DNA of 64,000 nucleotides, from assembly GCA_965222115.1 (NCBI GenBank), contig CBDCTJ010000003.1:32001-96000 (forward strand). Direction: 5' to 3'. Position numbers and translations under genes: made by a program. Below, piece by piece: positions 20,672 to 30,505 of this stretch. Position 1 is the first letter of the stretch, and the number at the start of each line of letters is the position of its first letter. The notes beneath the pieces were generated by a model. That model was not told where the DNA came from and ran no database searches. It was given only the letters and a program-made list of their open reading frames with translations. This stretch comes from Planctomycetota bacterium. GTDB lineage: Bacteria > Planctomycetota > PLA2 > JAEUHO01.

Positions 20672-20714
20672 CAAGAATGCAGGCCCTACCGGCGCCCGCG
20701 CATACCATTCGCCC

Positions 20715-22142
20715 ATGAGTTTAGACGTTCCCAGCCCGACGGCCGTTGCGAAGGACGAACCGTCGGTACACGCAGCGCCCCGCCGTGCGTACTGCGTGAG
20801 TTTCGGTTGTCAGATGAACACGCTTGATAGCGAACTCGTACAGGGCGACTTGATGCGCCGTGGCTATACACGCACATCAGACATGAGTGACGCCGACGTC
20901 ATTCTCATCAATACGTGCTCTATTCGCGAACACGCCGAGGACAAAGTGTGGAGCCTCTTGGGTCGCGCACGACAAGCCAAGGAGAAGCGGCCGAGCCTCA
21001 AGATTGCTGTCATGGGCTGTATGGCACAACGCGTCAAAGACAACATCATTCAGCGAGCGCCGCATGTGGATTTAGTGCTTGGCACATCGACATTTCGAAA
21101 CGCGGTCCAGGATCTTGAAGACCTCCAGCGCGGCGGCGGACGCATTGTGCGCACCAAACTGCGACCGGATCCAGAGTTTTTGCCCGATGTCGATCGCAAT
21201 GTGGCCTCGCGGCCCGACGCGTTTCGCGCCTTCGTCACCGTCATGCGCGGGTGCAATCACGCTTGCAGTTATTGCATCGTCCCGTTCACGCGGGGTCGCG
21301 AAGTGAGCCGGCCCATCGAGGAGTTGCTTCGCGAGGTCGACCTGCTCGTGGCCGACGGCGTGCGCGAAGTCACCTTCCTTGGACAAAATATCAACACGTA
21401 TGGCGTGGACCTAGGCGGCCAACTGCTACCCGACCTCTTGGAACGTGCCGCAGAACGTTCGGGTTTGGATCGCATTCGATTTCTTACGAGCAATCCATTC
21501 GACATGACCGAAGACATGATGCGCCGCTTTGGTGCCGTAGAAAAGGTCATGCCCTGGCTCCATATCCCGGCCCAGAGTGGTTCGGATACGGTCTTACGAC
21601 GCATGAAGCGCACCTACACGGTGGATCAATATCGCGAAGTGGTCGGCTGGGCACGCAAACATATCGCCGACGTGGAAATCACAAGCGACTTCATTGTTGG
21701 CTTTTCCGGTGAAACGGATGAAGACTTTGGGGAAACGAAGCGCTTGGTCAGGGAAATCGAGTTCCTACAGACGTACGTCTTCAAGTACAGCTTGCGCCCA
21801 CGCACGCACGCGGCCCGGCAACTACCCGATGACGTCCCAGAAGATGTAAAGAAACAAAGAAATGTCGAACTCTTGGGCATCCAAGACGACATTTCCAACA
21901 AGCGCAATGCTCAGTTGATGGGTACGGTACGCGATGTCTTGTTTGAAGGCATCAGCAAGACCCATGAGGACCGATTGACCGGACGTGACGTGACCAATCG
22001 CATTGTCCACTGCCCCGGCAAACGTGAATGGGCGGGGCGCATGGCGCGCGTGCGGATCGATGAAGTGGGCGCGCACTCGATGATTGGCACGTGCTTGGCG
22101 CTGGAGGGACATGACGACGTGCCGTTCAGCTCAACGCCATGA
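20715..22142 (+). CDS. miaB: tRNA-2-methylthio-N6-dimethylallyladenosine synthase
   Basis: FGCQMN, NTCSIRE, GCMAQ, radical-SAM CNHACSYC and a C-terminal TRAM domain. Confidence 0.93.
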   Translation: MSLDVPSPTAVAKDEPSVHAAPRRAYCVSFGCQMNTLDSELVQGDLMRRGYTRTSDMSDADVILINTCSIREHAEDKVWSLLGRARQAKEKRPSLKIAVMGCMAQRVKDNIIQRAPHVDLVLGTSTFRNAVQDLEDLQRGGGRIVRTKLRPDPEFLPDVDRNVASRPDAFRAFVTVMRGCNHACSYCIVPFTRGREVSRPIEELLREVDLLVADGVREVTFLGQNINTYGVDLGGQLLPDLLERAAERSGLDRIRFLTSNPFDMTEDMMRRFGAVEKVMPWLHIPAQSGSDTVLRRMKRTYTVDQYREVVGWARKHIADVEITSDFIVGFSGETDEDFGETKRLVREIEFLQTYVFKYSLRPRTHAARQLPDDVPEDVKKQRNVELLGIQDDISNKRNAQLMGTVRDVLFEGISKTHEDRLTGRDVTNRIVHCPGKREWAGRMARVRIDEVGAHSMIGTCLALEGHDDVPFSSTP

Positions 22143-22154
22143 TCCCCTAATGCC

Positions 22155-23294
22155 ATGACCAAGACGACGCTCACAGACCACGAACGACAGCGACTCGAAC
22201 GCGCCATTGCGCTTGCGCGCAAGGGATGTCTCGATGTGGAACCCAATCCCCCCGTGGGTTGCGTACTTGAGCGGAACGGCAAGGTGATCGGCGAAGGCTG
22301 GCACAAGGCCTATGGCGGCCCCCACGCGGAAATCGAGGCATTGAAACTCGTCCATCGCAAGGCCGAGGGCGCCACCGCCTACATCTCGCTTCAACCATGC
22401 AGTCAGTCGGGCAAGACCGGGCCCTGTTGCGACGCCCTCATCAAGGCCGGCGTTTCACGTGTGATCTATGCTTCTCGGGACCCTGGCGAGCCGAGGAATA
22501 GCGAGGGTCTCCGTAAACTTCGCAAGGCCGGCATCGACGTGCTCGGGCCCTGCTTGCCCGCGCTCGGCGATACACTGCTCACACGCTATGGGGCCCATGC
22601 AAAGACGGAACGCCCATGGGTGATATTGAAATGGGCCATGACGCTCGATGGTCGCATCGCGCCCAAAGAAGGCGAGGGTGGAACGATTGCGGGACGCCGT
22701 TCACGATTGCTGGCCCACATTTGGCGCGGCCGCGTTGACGCCATTGCCGTGGGTATTGGCACCGTTCTTTCCGATGATCCCGAACTCACGTGTCGCATCG
22801 AAGGCGGCCCGCCCGATGGTCGTTCCCAACCCACGCGCGTCATTTTCGATCGCCTATTAACAACACCGCTAGGTGCCAAAGTCATCAAGACCATCGACAA
22901 AGCCCCTGTATGGATTGTGACGGGCCCCGATGCACCGGCAAGAGTCGAGGCCGAGTTGGCGGAGCGAGGCGCCAAAGTCTTGCGTGTTCGCCCGGGCGCC
23001 GGTGGGCTTGATATGTCCGACGTCATGGGAAGTCTCTATCAAGAAGGCATTCGCCGATTGCTTGTGGAGGGCGGTGCGCGCATTCACGGCACGTTTGTTC
23101 GTCAAAATCTCGCCGATCAAGCGTGCGCGTTCATTGCCCCGGCAATTGCTGGCGGTGAAAACGCTGTTCCGGCGGTCTTGGGGTCAGGCATCACCAACAT
23201 GGCCCACGCATTGCGACTCGAAGATGTCGCATGGCGAGGTCTCGGTGACAACGTGTTGATGCGCGGGTATTTGCCGCGCGCAGGTGGCGTGTGA
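22155..23294 (+). CDS. ribD: Bifunctional riboflavin deaminase/reductase
   Basis: PNPPVGCV, HAE, PC..PCC, LKWAMTLDG and LLVEGG. Confidence 0.95.
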   Translation: MTKTTLTDHERQRLERAIALARKGCLDVEPNPPVGCVLERNGKVIGEGWHKAYGGPHAEIEALKLVHRKAEGATAYISLQPCSQSGKTGPCCDALIKAGVSRVIYASRDPGEPRNSEGLRKLRKAGIDVLGPCLPALGDTLLTRYGAHAKTERPWVILKWAMTLDGRIAPKEGEGGTIAGRRSRLLAHIWRGRVDAIAVGIGTVLSDDPELTCRIEGGPPDGRSQPTRVIFDRLLTTPLGAKVIKTIDKAPVWIVTGPDAPARVEAELAERGAKVLRVRPGAGGLDMSDVMGSLYQEGIRRLLVEGGARIHGTFVRQNLADQACAFIAPAIAGGENAVPAVLGSGITNMAHALRLEDVAWRGLGDNVLMRGYLPRAGGV

Positions 23295-23369
23295 CTCATA
23301 ATCGTCGGTAACGGCGTTAAGTCCGGCGACCAAAACTATCCGTCGGTCGCCACCACATCCCCTTTCCTA

Positions 23370-23464
23370 AATCTTAATCTGTTTCCTCACCCGCCCACCG
23401 CATTCCTCCTTGGTCACGATCTACTTAGCCTTGAACGATAAGGGACAGGCGAAGGATTAAGATT
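23370..23464. repeat. AT-rich inverted repeat between convergent genes
   Basis: AATCTTAATC (23370-23379) and GATTAAGATT (23455-23464) form a perfect 10-bp inverted pair. Confidence 0.6.
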
Positions 23465-23481
23465 CAGTGTAGGAGCAAGAG

Positions 23482-24549
23482 TTAACGCACAATGGGTCGT
23501 GCGTTGGTCATATCGCTCAAGCGGTAACGAATCCGTGAAGAAATGAGGAGATCGCGTAACTCAACTAGGTCGGGATGCACAGGATCGATGTAACTCGCGC
23601 GGGCGGCGAAGCGTTCGGCGTGGGAGTAGACACGGCCCTGCCACATAAACCACGCGGCACCGTAGAGCAAGTCGAAGTGCTTACGGTCGAGTTCCTCCAG
23701 CTTGGTAAGGATCTCTCGTCGTTCGCGAGAACCATGCTTGAGGACGCGTCGCAAGCGTCCAAAGTGGCGACGAGCTTCGGTGAACTTTTTGTCGGCCTCG
23801 TCAACGGCTTTGCGCGCGCGTGTGATGGAGCCTTGCTTCTGCTTGCCTTTGGCCTCCCGCGCAAGCGTTTCGCCCGCACGAATGAGACTGGTGGCCTTGA
23901 GTGTGCGCAGCATGATTTCCTGCTTGCGCTTTACCGACTTTTTGAGACGTAGTAGGTGCGCCTGGTCGCGCTCATTCTGCTTCTGGAGTTCTCGGACGCG
24001 CGCCAGCAACTTCGCAATGAGCTGCTCAACCCCCGCAGCATTCGGTGCGTCGGCAAAATGCAGCTTGAGTTCGCGTGCGCGATCGAGTGCAGCCTCCACA
24101 TCTCCTTCTTCGGCTTGCTTCTCGGCCTGAGCCAAGCCCGACGTTACGGCCTGGGTCTCCGCAGCGCGCAGTAGCTTCTTAAACTGCCCTTCATTGATCG
24201 CGCCAAGGGCAAGCGCCTTTTCGTACTCGCGCCGCGCGTCGCGGTAGAGACCCAACTCGGCGGCTAACTCAGCAAGTTGTATGCGGGCGTTGCCATCGTC
24301 GGCTTTCGCGAGCGCCGCACGCGCGCGGAAGAACGCGAGGGGCGTGAGTTGAATCCACGGGATTTCACGAACCGAATCGGGGCCCAACCTGAGTGTGATT
24401 CCGTGTTTGTCGGACGATTCCACGATTCCCGTAAGAGTGTGCCCGTTCTTTAGCGTGAGGGTTTGGGGGCGCTTGTCACCGGCGTGCGCTGGCAAGCCAC
24501 TCAGAAGCACCAGCGAGACGAGGATCGTACTCAAGACGCGAGAGATCAT
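23482..24549 (-). CDS. Secreted helical / TPR-like hypothetical protein
   Basis: SD GGAG plus ATG 24549. Signal peptide ending AHA, TLTLKNG..LTG beta motif, long helices. Confidence 0.75.
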   Translation of the reverse strand: MISRVLSTILVSLVLLSGLPAHAGDKRPQTLTLKNGHTLTGIVESSDKHGITLRLGPDSVREIPWIQLTPLAFFRARAALAKADDGNARIQLAELAAELGLYRDARREYEKALALGAINEGQFKKLLRAAETQAVTSGLAQAEKQAEEGDVEAALDRARELKLHFADAPNAAGVEQLIAKLLARVRELQKQNERDQAHLLRLKKSVKRKQEIMLRTLKATSLIRAGETLAREAKGKQKQGSITRARKAVDEADKKFTEARRHFGRLRRVLKHGSRERREILTKLEELDRKHFDLLYGAAWFMWQGRVYSHAERFAARASYIDPVHPDLVELRDLLISSRIRYRLSDMTNARPIVR

Positions 24550-24756
24550 GGCGTGCTCCACCGATTGACCGTTCAACAGTACGACTGCTCTACAGCCAAG
24601 ATAGTTCGCACCCGTGCCGGAATAGGGCGCTAACCAACTAATGAACGCGTGGCGCGTCGCAATTGCTCCAAATTCTTGCCGAAACTCGCCCGTCGCCCGC
24701 GAAACGCGAAAGGGAAGCCTTCAAGAGAAGAAATCGTTTGTGCCGAAAACCGCTAC

Positions 24757-26007
24757 CTAGCGAGGGAAGCCTTCGGGAGCCCCCGGGTCGTCGTACACCG
24801 GGGTTGGAGAGGAACCGCCACCGTTTGAAGGCGGTGCTGGTGACGGCCAGGATTCGCCGGTGGAATCCGAGGGCGCCGGAGAGGGCGGCGTCACGCGCAC
24901 GGGCTTATTTGTTTCGCGTGTCTCACCATCGGAGACGATCTTTCGATATTGCTGCAAGAGCTCGGCAGCTTTTACGCGCGCACCCCGCTGCGCCTCGGGA
25001 TCGGTTCGGCGCATGTACTCGCGAAGATCCTTGACCGCCAAAATGTGACGCCCCTCGGCAGCAAGCGCTTGCGCGCGCTCCAGGTAGGCCGCCGTCTGTG
25101 ATTCATCGATGTGCAGCGCTCGGCTGTACTGATCGATGGCGTCGCGATATTCCTGCCGGCGCATGTGCACCGTGGCCAGCAACATATGCATCTTCATCTG
25201 CTTGTTGCGGGCGGAGTAGGCCTTCTTGCGAAGGTGGGCGCGCTGGCGTGTGGTCACACCGCCTTTGCCTCGTGCCTCTTCCAACTCCTTGATCTGGTCT
25301 TCCCAGAACGGCTGGCTGTCCTTGGTGAGTTCCAAGTACTCACGGGCATACTCCATGCCCTCGGTATCGCGACTCAACTGAAGATTGGCCTTGGCCAGAC
25401 CGGCAAGCGCGTAGGGATTTCGCGCATTCATGTTGAGCACCTGCTTCCACATGGGAATGGCCTCTTGCAGGAGCTCATTGCGATTGCGTACTTGGCGCTG
25501 AATCTGGCGGCGAATGCGTGATGTGTCGGCATCGGGGTCGGTGCGCGCGCGCTGCTCGAGTTCGCGAACGTCACGGTCGTAGTAATCGGCGAGCTCGGTG
25601 TGAACGGTGGCCATATCCGACACGACCTCAAACTTTCGGTCCTGGCCGTCGGCGTTGCGCCATTCCATGTCCATAAGAGGCTCTAAGATCTTTTGCGCTT
25701 CGCGGAGCTTGCGCGGTGTTCCCTGCTGGATCTTGGCGCGAGCCAACGCGCGGCGAAGCTTCTTGTCGCGGGGCTTCTTGTCGAGCGCCTTTTCAAACAT
25801 GGTTTCGGCTTTGGCGTAGGCGCCGCCGTCGTAGTAGGTGAATCCGGCAGTTTCGTAGTGCTCCTGACGGGTCTCTTCGTCGATTTCCTTTTCACGTTCT
25901 TCTGAAAGTCCGGAGCCTTGGCAGCCGGCGAGCCACAGTCCGCCCACGACCACGCAGCTCATGACAAACAGACGGCGTGCAAGGAAACGGTGTGGCGACC
26001 CAATCAT
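24757..26007 (-). CDS. TPR-repeat lipoprotein
   Basis: Lipobox LAGC, TPR-like repeats and a Pro-rich tail. Start uncertain (26040/26007/25962). Confidence 0.78.
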   Translation of the reverse strand: MIGSPHRFLARRLFVMSCVVVGGLWLAGCQGSGLSEEREKEIDEETRQEHYETAGFTYYDGGAYAKAETMFEKALDKKPRDKKLRRALARAKIQQGTPRKLREAQKILEPLMDMEWRNADGQDRKFEVVSDMATVHTELADYYDRDVRELEQRARTDPDADTSRIRRQIQRQVRNRNELLQEAIPMWKQVLNMNARNPYALAGLAKANLQLSRDTEGMEYAREYLELTKDSQPFWEDQIKELEEARGKGGVTTRQRAHLRKKAYSARNKQMKMHMLLATVHMRRQEYRDAIDQYSRALHIDESQTAAYLERAQALAAEGRHILAVKDLREYMRRTDPEAQRGARVKAAELLQQYRKIVSDGETRETNKPVRVTPPSPAPSDSTGESWPSPAPPSNGGGSSPTPVYDDPGAPEGFPR

Positions 26008-26199
26008 CGATCGCGCAGCAGGGTAATTGGCAGTACGCACGACAGTGCCCTCCAGACCCCATGAGGGTCGCCGGGTAGGGTCACATGGCGGTCATATTTC
26101 GCCGCCCCCCACAACGCGACTCGTGGGATTCGCCCGAATTTCGGCGCACACACGAGCGCTACCCGGCCTATGAAGCAGGGTAGGTGTCTGTTGGGCGTC

Positions 26200-26652
26200 C
26201 TACGAGCGATCGTAGACCCAGCAGTCGGCATGTTGGGCGTAGTCGATGGTGCCTTCGGGGAACCATAGACCCAACTCGCGTTCGGCCGAGGCGATCGAAT
26301 CGGAGCCGTGGATGAGGTTGAAGGAAAAGCTCATCCCGTAGTCACCGCGAATGGTGCCACCGGGCGACTTTGCGCCGTCGGTCTCGCCAATCAAACGACG
26401 GGCAACGGCAACGGCGCCATCGCCGCGCACGGCGAAAGCCACGATGGGGCCCGAACTCATGAACGTCAGGAGGTCACCAAAGAAGGGCTTCTCCTTGTGC
26501 TCCGCATAGTGCGCTTCGAGGGTCTCGCGCGGCGCCATCAACATGTTCATCCCTACGATCTGGAGTCCCTTTTGTTCGAAGCGAGCGACGATACGACCGA
26601 CCAAACCGCGCTGAACGCCGTCGGGCTTCACTATGAGTAGGCTAGTTTCCAT
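26200..26652 (-). CDS. ndk: Nucleoside diphosphate kinase
   Basis: IVKPDGVQRGLVG, GTIRGD and NLIHGSDS. Confidence 0.97.
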   Translation of the reverse strand: METSLLIVKPDGVQRGLVGRIVARFEQKGLQIVGMNMLMAPRETLEAHYAEHKEKPFFGDLLTFMSSGPIVAFAVRGDGAVAVARRLIGETDGAKSPGGTIRGDYGMSFSFNLIHGSDSIASAERELGLWFPEGTIDYAQHADCWVYDRS

Positions 26653-26813
26653 GAGAGTTCCTTTTGCAATCCGTGATGAGTCGATGCCGATTCTGCGGCG
26701 GGATTGTCGCCACCCGCTCGGCGGAGCGAAGAACTGACCGGGGCGCGGGCGTGAACTTGTCCGGGGCGGCCCGATTTGACGATGCCCGGCCCACGCCGTA
26801 GCGTGCCTCGCCT

Positions 26814-27338
26814 ATGACAACAATCCTTGCGCTCCGCCACGGGGGCAAAACGGTGCTCGGCGGCGACGGCCAAGTGACCCTCGGGCAACAGATTCAAAAA
26901 CGCGGCGCGGTCAAAGTTCGCGCCCTCATGGATGGCCAAGTCCTCGCGGGCTTTGCGGGCGGTGCCGCCGATGCCATGTCGCTCATGGAGCGCTTCTCAG
27001 CCAAACTGGATGAGTTTGGCGGGCAGCTGATGAAGGCCGCCGTCGAACTGGCCAAAGAGTGGCGTTCGGATCGTGCGCTTCGGCGACTCGAAGCCGTGTT
27101 GATTGTGGCCGACGCTAAAGAACTTTTGCTCGTCACGGGGACGGGCGATGTGATTTCGCCCGACGATGGCGTGGTGGCTACAGGGAGTGGCGGTGCCTAT
27201 GCGCTGTCGGCCGCGCGCGCGTTGATGCGTCATGGATCGCTGGATGCAAAGGCGTTGTGCACAGCCGCGCTCGGCATTGCCGCGGAGATCGATCTCCATA
27301 CCAATGATTCGCTCACGGTATTGGAGGCGAAAGCGTGA
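26814..27338 (+). CDS. hslV: ATP-dependent protease subunit HslV
   Basis: MTTI N-terminal Thr, GDGQVT, GFAGGAADA and GSGG. Confidence 0.97.
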   Translation: MTTILALRHGGKTVLGGDGQVTLGQQIQKRGAVKVRALMDGQVLAGFAGGAADAMSLMERFSAKLDEFGGQLMKAAVELAKEWRSDRALRRLEAVLIVADAKELLLVTGTGDVISPDDGVVATGSGGAYALSAARALMRHGSLDAKALCTAALGIAAEIDLHTNDSLTVLEAKA

Positions 27339-28753
27339 AACTACCCACCGGCAAGCGCACGGAGTCCGCGAAACGACAAAGCGGATGTGAACTAACGCCC
27401 TCGGAAATCGTGCGCGCGCTCGATCGGCATGTCGTGGGTCAAAAACAAGCGAAACGCGCCGTCGCGGTGGCTATTCGCAATCGATGGCGTCGCATGCAAC
27501 TCGACAATGACATGCGCGCCGAAGTATTGCCGAAGAACATTCTTTTGATCGGTGCCACAGGCGTGGGCAAGACTGAGATTGCGCGGCGCATTGCTAGTCT
27601 GATCGGCGCGCCATTCACTAAGGTCGAGGCAACGAAGTACACCGAAGTGGGTTATGTCGGTCGCGATGTAGAAAGCATCATTCGCGATCTGACGGCGAGT
27701 GCGATGACGCTCGTCAAAGCATCGGCCAAGAAGACGGTAGAAACGAAGGCAGCCGAATCCGCAGCATCGAGAATTCTCGACGCCCTGGTGAACGCGTATA
27801 AGCCCGGCGATCCCGATCTTGATCCGCTGGGTCTGGGCAGAGCGGATGACACGAGCGCAGTGACCGACCTATCGGCCGTGCGCATCAAGCTACGTCAACG
27901 TTTGCAGGCCGGCGCACTGGAAGACCGAGAGATCGAGATCGATGTGCAGAGCACCGCATCCACGCCCCTCGGCAACATCTTCGACAATCCATCGTTTGCA
28001 CAGTCCGGCATCGATTTCTCGAAGATGTTTGAGCAGGTCGCGCAGCAAAGTACGTCGAGCAAACGCATGACGGTGCGCGAGGCGCGCAAAACGTTGATTG
28101 ACGAAGAGGCGGAAAAGCTTGTCGATTCGAGCGACGTAGAAAGTGAAGCCGTGAAACTCGTCGAAAATCAGGGCATCGTGTTCCTCGACGAGATCGACAA
28201 GGTGGCGGGATCGGATCGCACACAGGGCGCCGATGTATCGCGGCAGGGTGTACAACGCGATCTGTTGCCGCTCGTCGAGGGCTGTACAGTTCACACGCGC
28301 TTTGGCCCCGTATCAACCGACCACATTCTCTTTATCGCGGCCGGCGCGTTCCATGTGAGTAAGCCAAGCGATCTGTTGCCCGAGTTGCAAGGGCGACTGC
28401 CCATTCGCGTGCGCCTGGACAACTTGCGCGAAGAGGACTTCGTGCGCATACTCAAAGAACCAAAGAACGCGCTCACGCGTCAATACGAAGCACTCCTCGC
28501 AACCGAAGGCGTGCGCATACGATTCGCCGACGATGGCATCGCGGAAATCGCTCGCGTGGCCGCAGCAGCCAATGCACTCCACGAGAACATCGGCGCCCGT
28601 CGCCTCAGCACGGTCATGGAACGCGTATTGGACGAAGTCTCCTTCGAAGGCGGCTCCCTCAAGGGCCGCGACGTCGTCATCGACCGCGCCTACGTTGTCT
28701 CCCGCACCCACGACCTCCTCGAAGACCAAGACCTAGGCCAGTTCGTCCTCTGA
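27335..28753 (+). CDS. hslU: ATP-dependent protease ATPase subunit HslU
   Basis: GATGVGKTEIARR, GYVGRDVES, FLDEIDK and ENIGARRL. Confidence 0.97.
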   Translation: MKLPTGKRTESAKRQSGCELTPSEIVRALDRHVVGQKQAKRAVAVAIRNRWRRMQLDNDMRAEVLPKNILLIGATGVGKTEIARRIASLIGAPFTKVEATKYTEVGYVGRDVESIIRDLTASAMTLVKASAKKTVETKAAESAASRILDALVNAYKPGDPDLDPLGLGRADDTSAVTDLSAVRIKLRQRLQAGALEDREIEIDVQSTASTPLGNIFDNPSFAQSGIDFSKMFEQVAQQSTSSKRMTVREARKTLIDEEAEKLVDSSDVESEAVKLVENQGIVFLDEIDKVAGSDRTQGADVSRQGVQRDLLPLVEGCTVHTRFGPVSTDHILFIAAGAFHVSKPSDLLPELQGRLPIRVRLDNLREEDFVRILKEPKNALTRQYEALLATEGVRIRFADDGIAEIARVAAAANALHENIGARRLSTVMERVLDEVSFEGGSLKGRDVVIDRAYVVSRTHDLLEDQDLGQFVL

Positions 28754-28922
28754 TGCGCCCAAAATACCTGGTATTCGTGGCGCATGGTTTCCCCGCGGAA
28801 TCGCAGACACCGGCGCGAGCGGGCCATTGCTTGGAGCGCTAGCCTGCGATGCGCCAGAAATACCTGGTTTCTGTGGCGCACGAGCGTTTCGTGCGCCAGA
28901 TTTACCTGGTATTTGTGGCGCG
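28754..28922. repeat. Three copies of a 31-bp imperfect palindrome (REP-like)
   Basis: Copies at 28754-28784, 28850-28880 and 28892-28922. Consensus TGCGCCAGAAATACCTGGTTTCTGTGGCGCA. Confidence 0.85.
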
Positions 28923-30386
28923 CTCGGAAGCGCGCTGACCGAAGAGGGCGGCGTGGTATTCGGATTCGGTCATGACTTCGGTGGTGGTTGGGAGCGGGCC
29001 GGGTTGACGATCTTCGGAGGTGTTTTCCATTGCGTCGGGAATCACCGTGACCATGCGTCGAGGGGTGCGCACGTAATCGCGCTCGGTGATGCGAGAGCCG
29101 GGCTTCACGAGAATGTCCTTTGTGCGGTAGCCATTGGCGTGTTGCACGGTGCGGGTGCCAATACGCTGTTTGATGTAGCGAACGCCTGCGTATACGCGCG
29201 ACACGGACTCCCCCACCTTTACGCGCTTTCGGCAGGTCCCGCTGGGCACCTTCTGTGTCGTGTATCCCACAATACGTACGTCTTTACGAGTTCCGACTTG
29301 GTATTTCTCACGCTTGGTCCCGTCAGGCAATTGCTCAATCTTTATTCCCGTAACGCGACGAACCTTGCGCGTGCCCTCTTGCTTCCATCGCAGTCGCACG
29401 CCCATTTTCTTCTTCGTTCGCTTGTGACCGGTCAGCGTCTTGAACCGCTTGGTCCCCTGCAGCACTTCCTTTTCTTCGTGACCGCAGACACGACATACCT
29501 CATCGCCCGTAACGCAATCCTTGATGATCTCACGCTTGGGCACTTTGACCGTGACGTAGTTGGGTACCTCACCCTCTTCGTACTGAGGCTCCCACACTTC
29601 GCGCGTAGCCGGCGTACGTTCCGTCTTCAGAACGGGAAACTCGACATCCTCATACTTATAGACCTTGCGCGTACGCTTGACAGGAACCTCGCGGTAATCG
29701 TAAATCGCAACGTCTACCTCTTTGTAGGTGGGCACTTCGCACGTTCGGTAGGTCGGCACGGTACGCCACTCGTACTTGGGCGTACGAACCGTGCGATAGC
29801 GCGGCACTTGAATAATGCGATACACAGGAATGTCGATCGTGTCGCAAATGGGGATCTTCTTGGTATAGGCACACCCAGGGCAAATAGTCTCTTTCTCGAC
29901 CCAGCGCCCCATGGCAGGAATGATGGCGATATAGGGCTCTCCCGATGTACCTGCTTCGTCATCCGTAGCCCGCTGCGTGCTTGTGTCGCGCCTTTCTCGT
30001 CCGGCCCAGTCTTTGTCAGATTCGGCTCGTTCACCGCCCGCACCGGGAATGTCACCACTTCCAACAACGGGATCGCCGTCTCTTGCCTTCGACGCAGCGT
30101 TACGCGTCGCGGCTCTCCTAAGCGCCTCTTCGACTGCTCGTGCGGTCGCTGTGTCGTGCGCCGACGGTTCAGGCGCCACCCCACCACCCAACGTTCCGTC
30201 ACTCGACGCTGCGCCACCCGCGGGTTCAACCGCACCATCCGGTGCCACTTCCCCCCCGGGCGGTATCGGCGGAACCGGTTCACTGCCGGGCGGCTCATCG
30301 GCGTGGGCCTGAGGAATGAGCGCGAGAATCGCCGCGAGCGCGAACACCTGAACGATAGGCCATGCGCGTCTTCGTGTCTGAATCAT
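28902..30386 (-). CDS. Secreted basic periodic beta-rich protein A (YTV/articulin-like composition)
   Basis: SD GGAGG, signal peptide ending AHA, 14 xPxY-type octamers, Cys turn, 14 Gly-ending units. Confidence 0.85.
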   Translation of the reverse strand: MIQTRRRAWPIVQVFALAAILALIPQAHADEPPGSEPVPPIPPGGEVAPDGAVEPAGGAASSDGTLGGGVAPEPSAHDTATARAVEEALRRAATRNAASKARDGDPVVGSGDIPGAGGERAESDKDWAGRERRDTSTQRATDDEAGTSGEPYIAIIPAMGRWVEKETICPGCAYTKKIPICDTIDIPVYRIIQVPRYRTVRTPKYEWRTVPTYRTCEVPTYKEVDVAIYDYREVPVKRTRKVYKYEDVEFPVLKTERTPATREVWEPQYEEGEVPNYVTVKVPKREIIKDCVTGDEVCRVCGHEEKEVLQGTKRFKTLTGHKRTKKKMGVRLRWKQEGTRKVRRVTGIKIEQLPDGTKREKYQVGTRKDVRIVGYTTQKVPSGTCRKRVKVGESVSRVYAGVRYIKQRIGTRTVQHANGYRTKDILVKPGSRITERDYVRTPRRMVTVIPDAMENTSEDRQPGPLPTTTEVMTESEYHAALFGQRASERATNTR

Positions 30387-30505
30387 GGACCGCCTCCACT
30401 GCTTCGATCGGAGAAATGAAGGCGCACCTTCACCACCACCAAACGTATTGGACGACGACCGTGTGCGCCTCTTGTGGATCCGCTACGGATGCACGGGGCG
30501 TAGAT

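Noticed and set aside
20259-20714. Long N-terminal extension of miaB in the ORF track
   Set aside because: It overlaps the upstream gene. MiaB similarity begins after ATG 20715.
28754-28922. 31-bp repeats as a mini CRISPR array
   Set aside because: Spacers are irregular (65 and 11 nt), copies are degenerate and dispersed, and there are no cas genes in the window.
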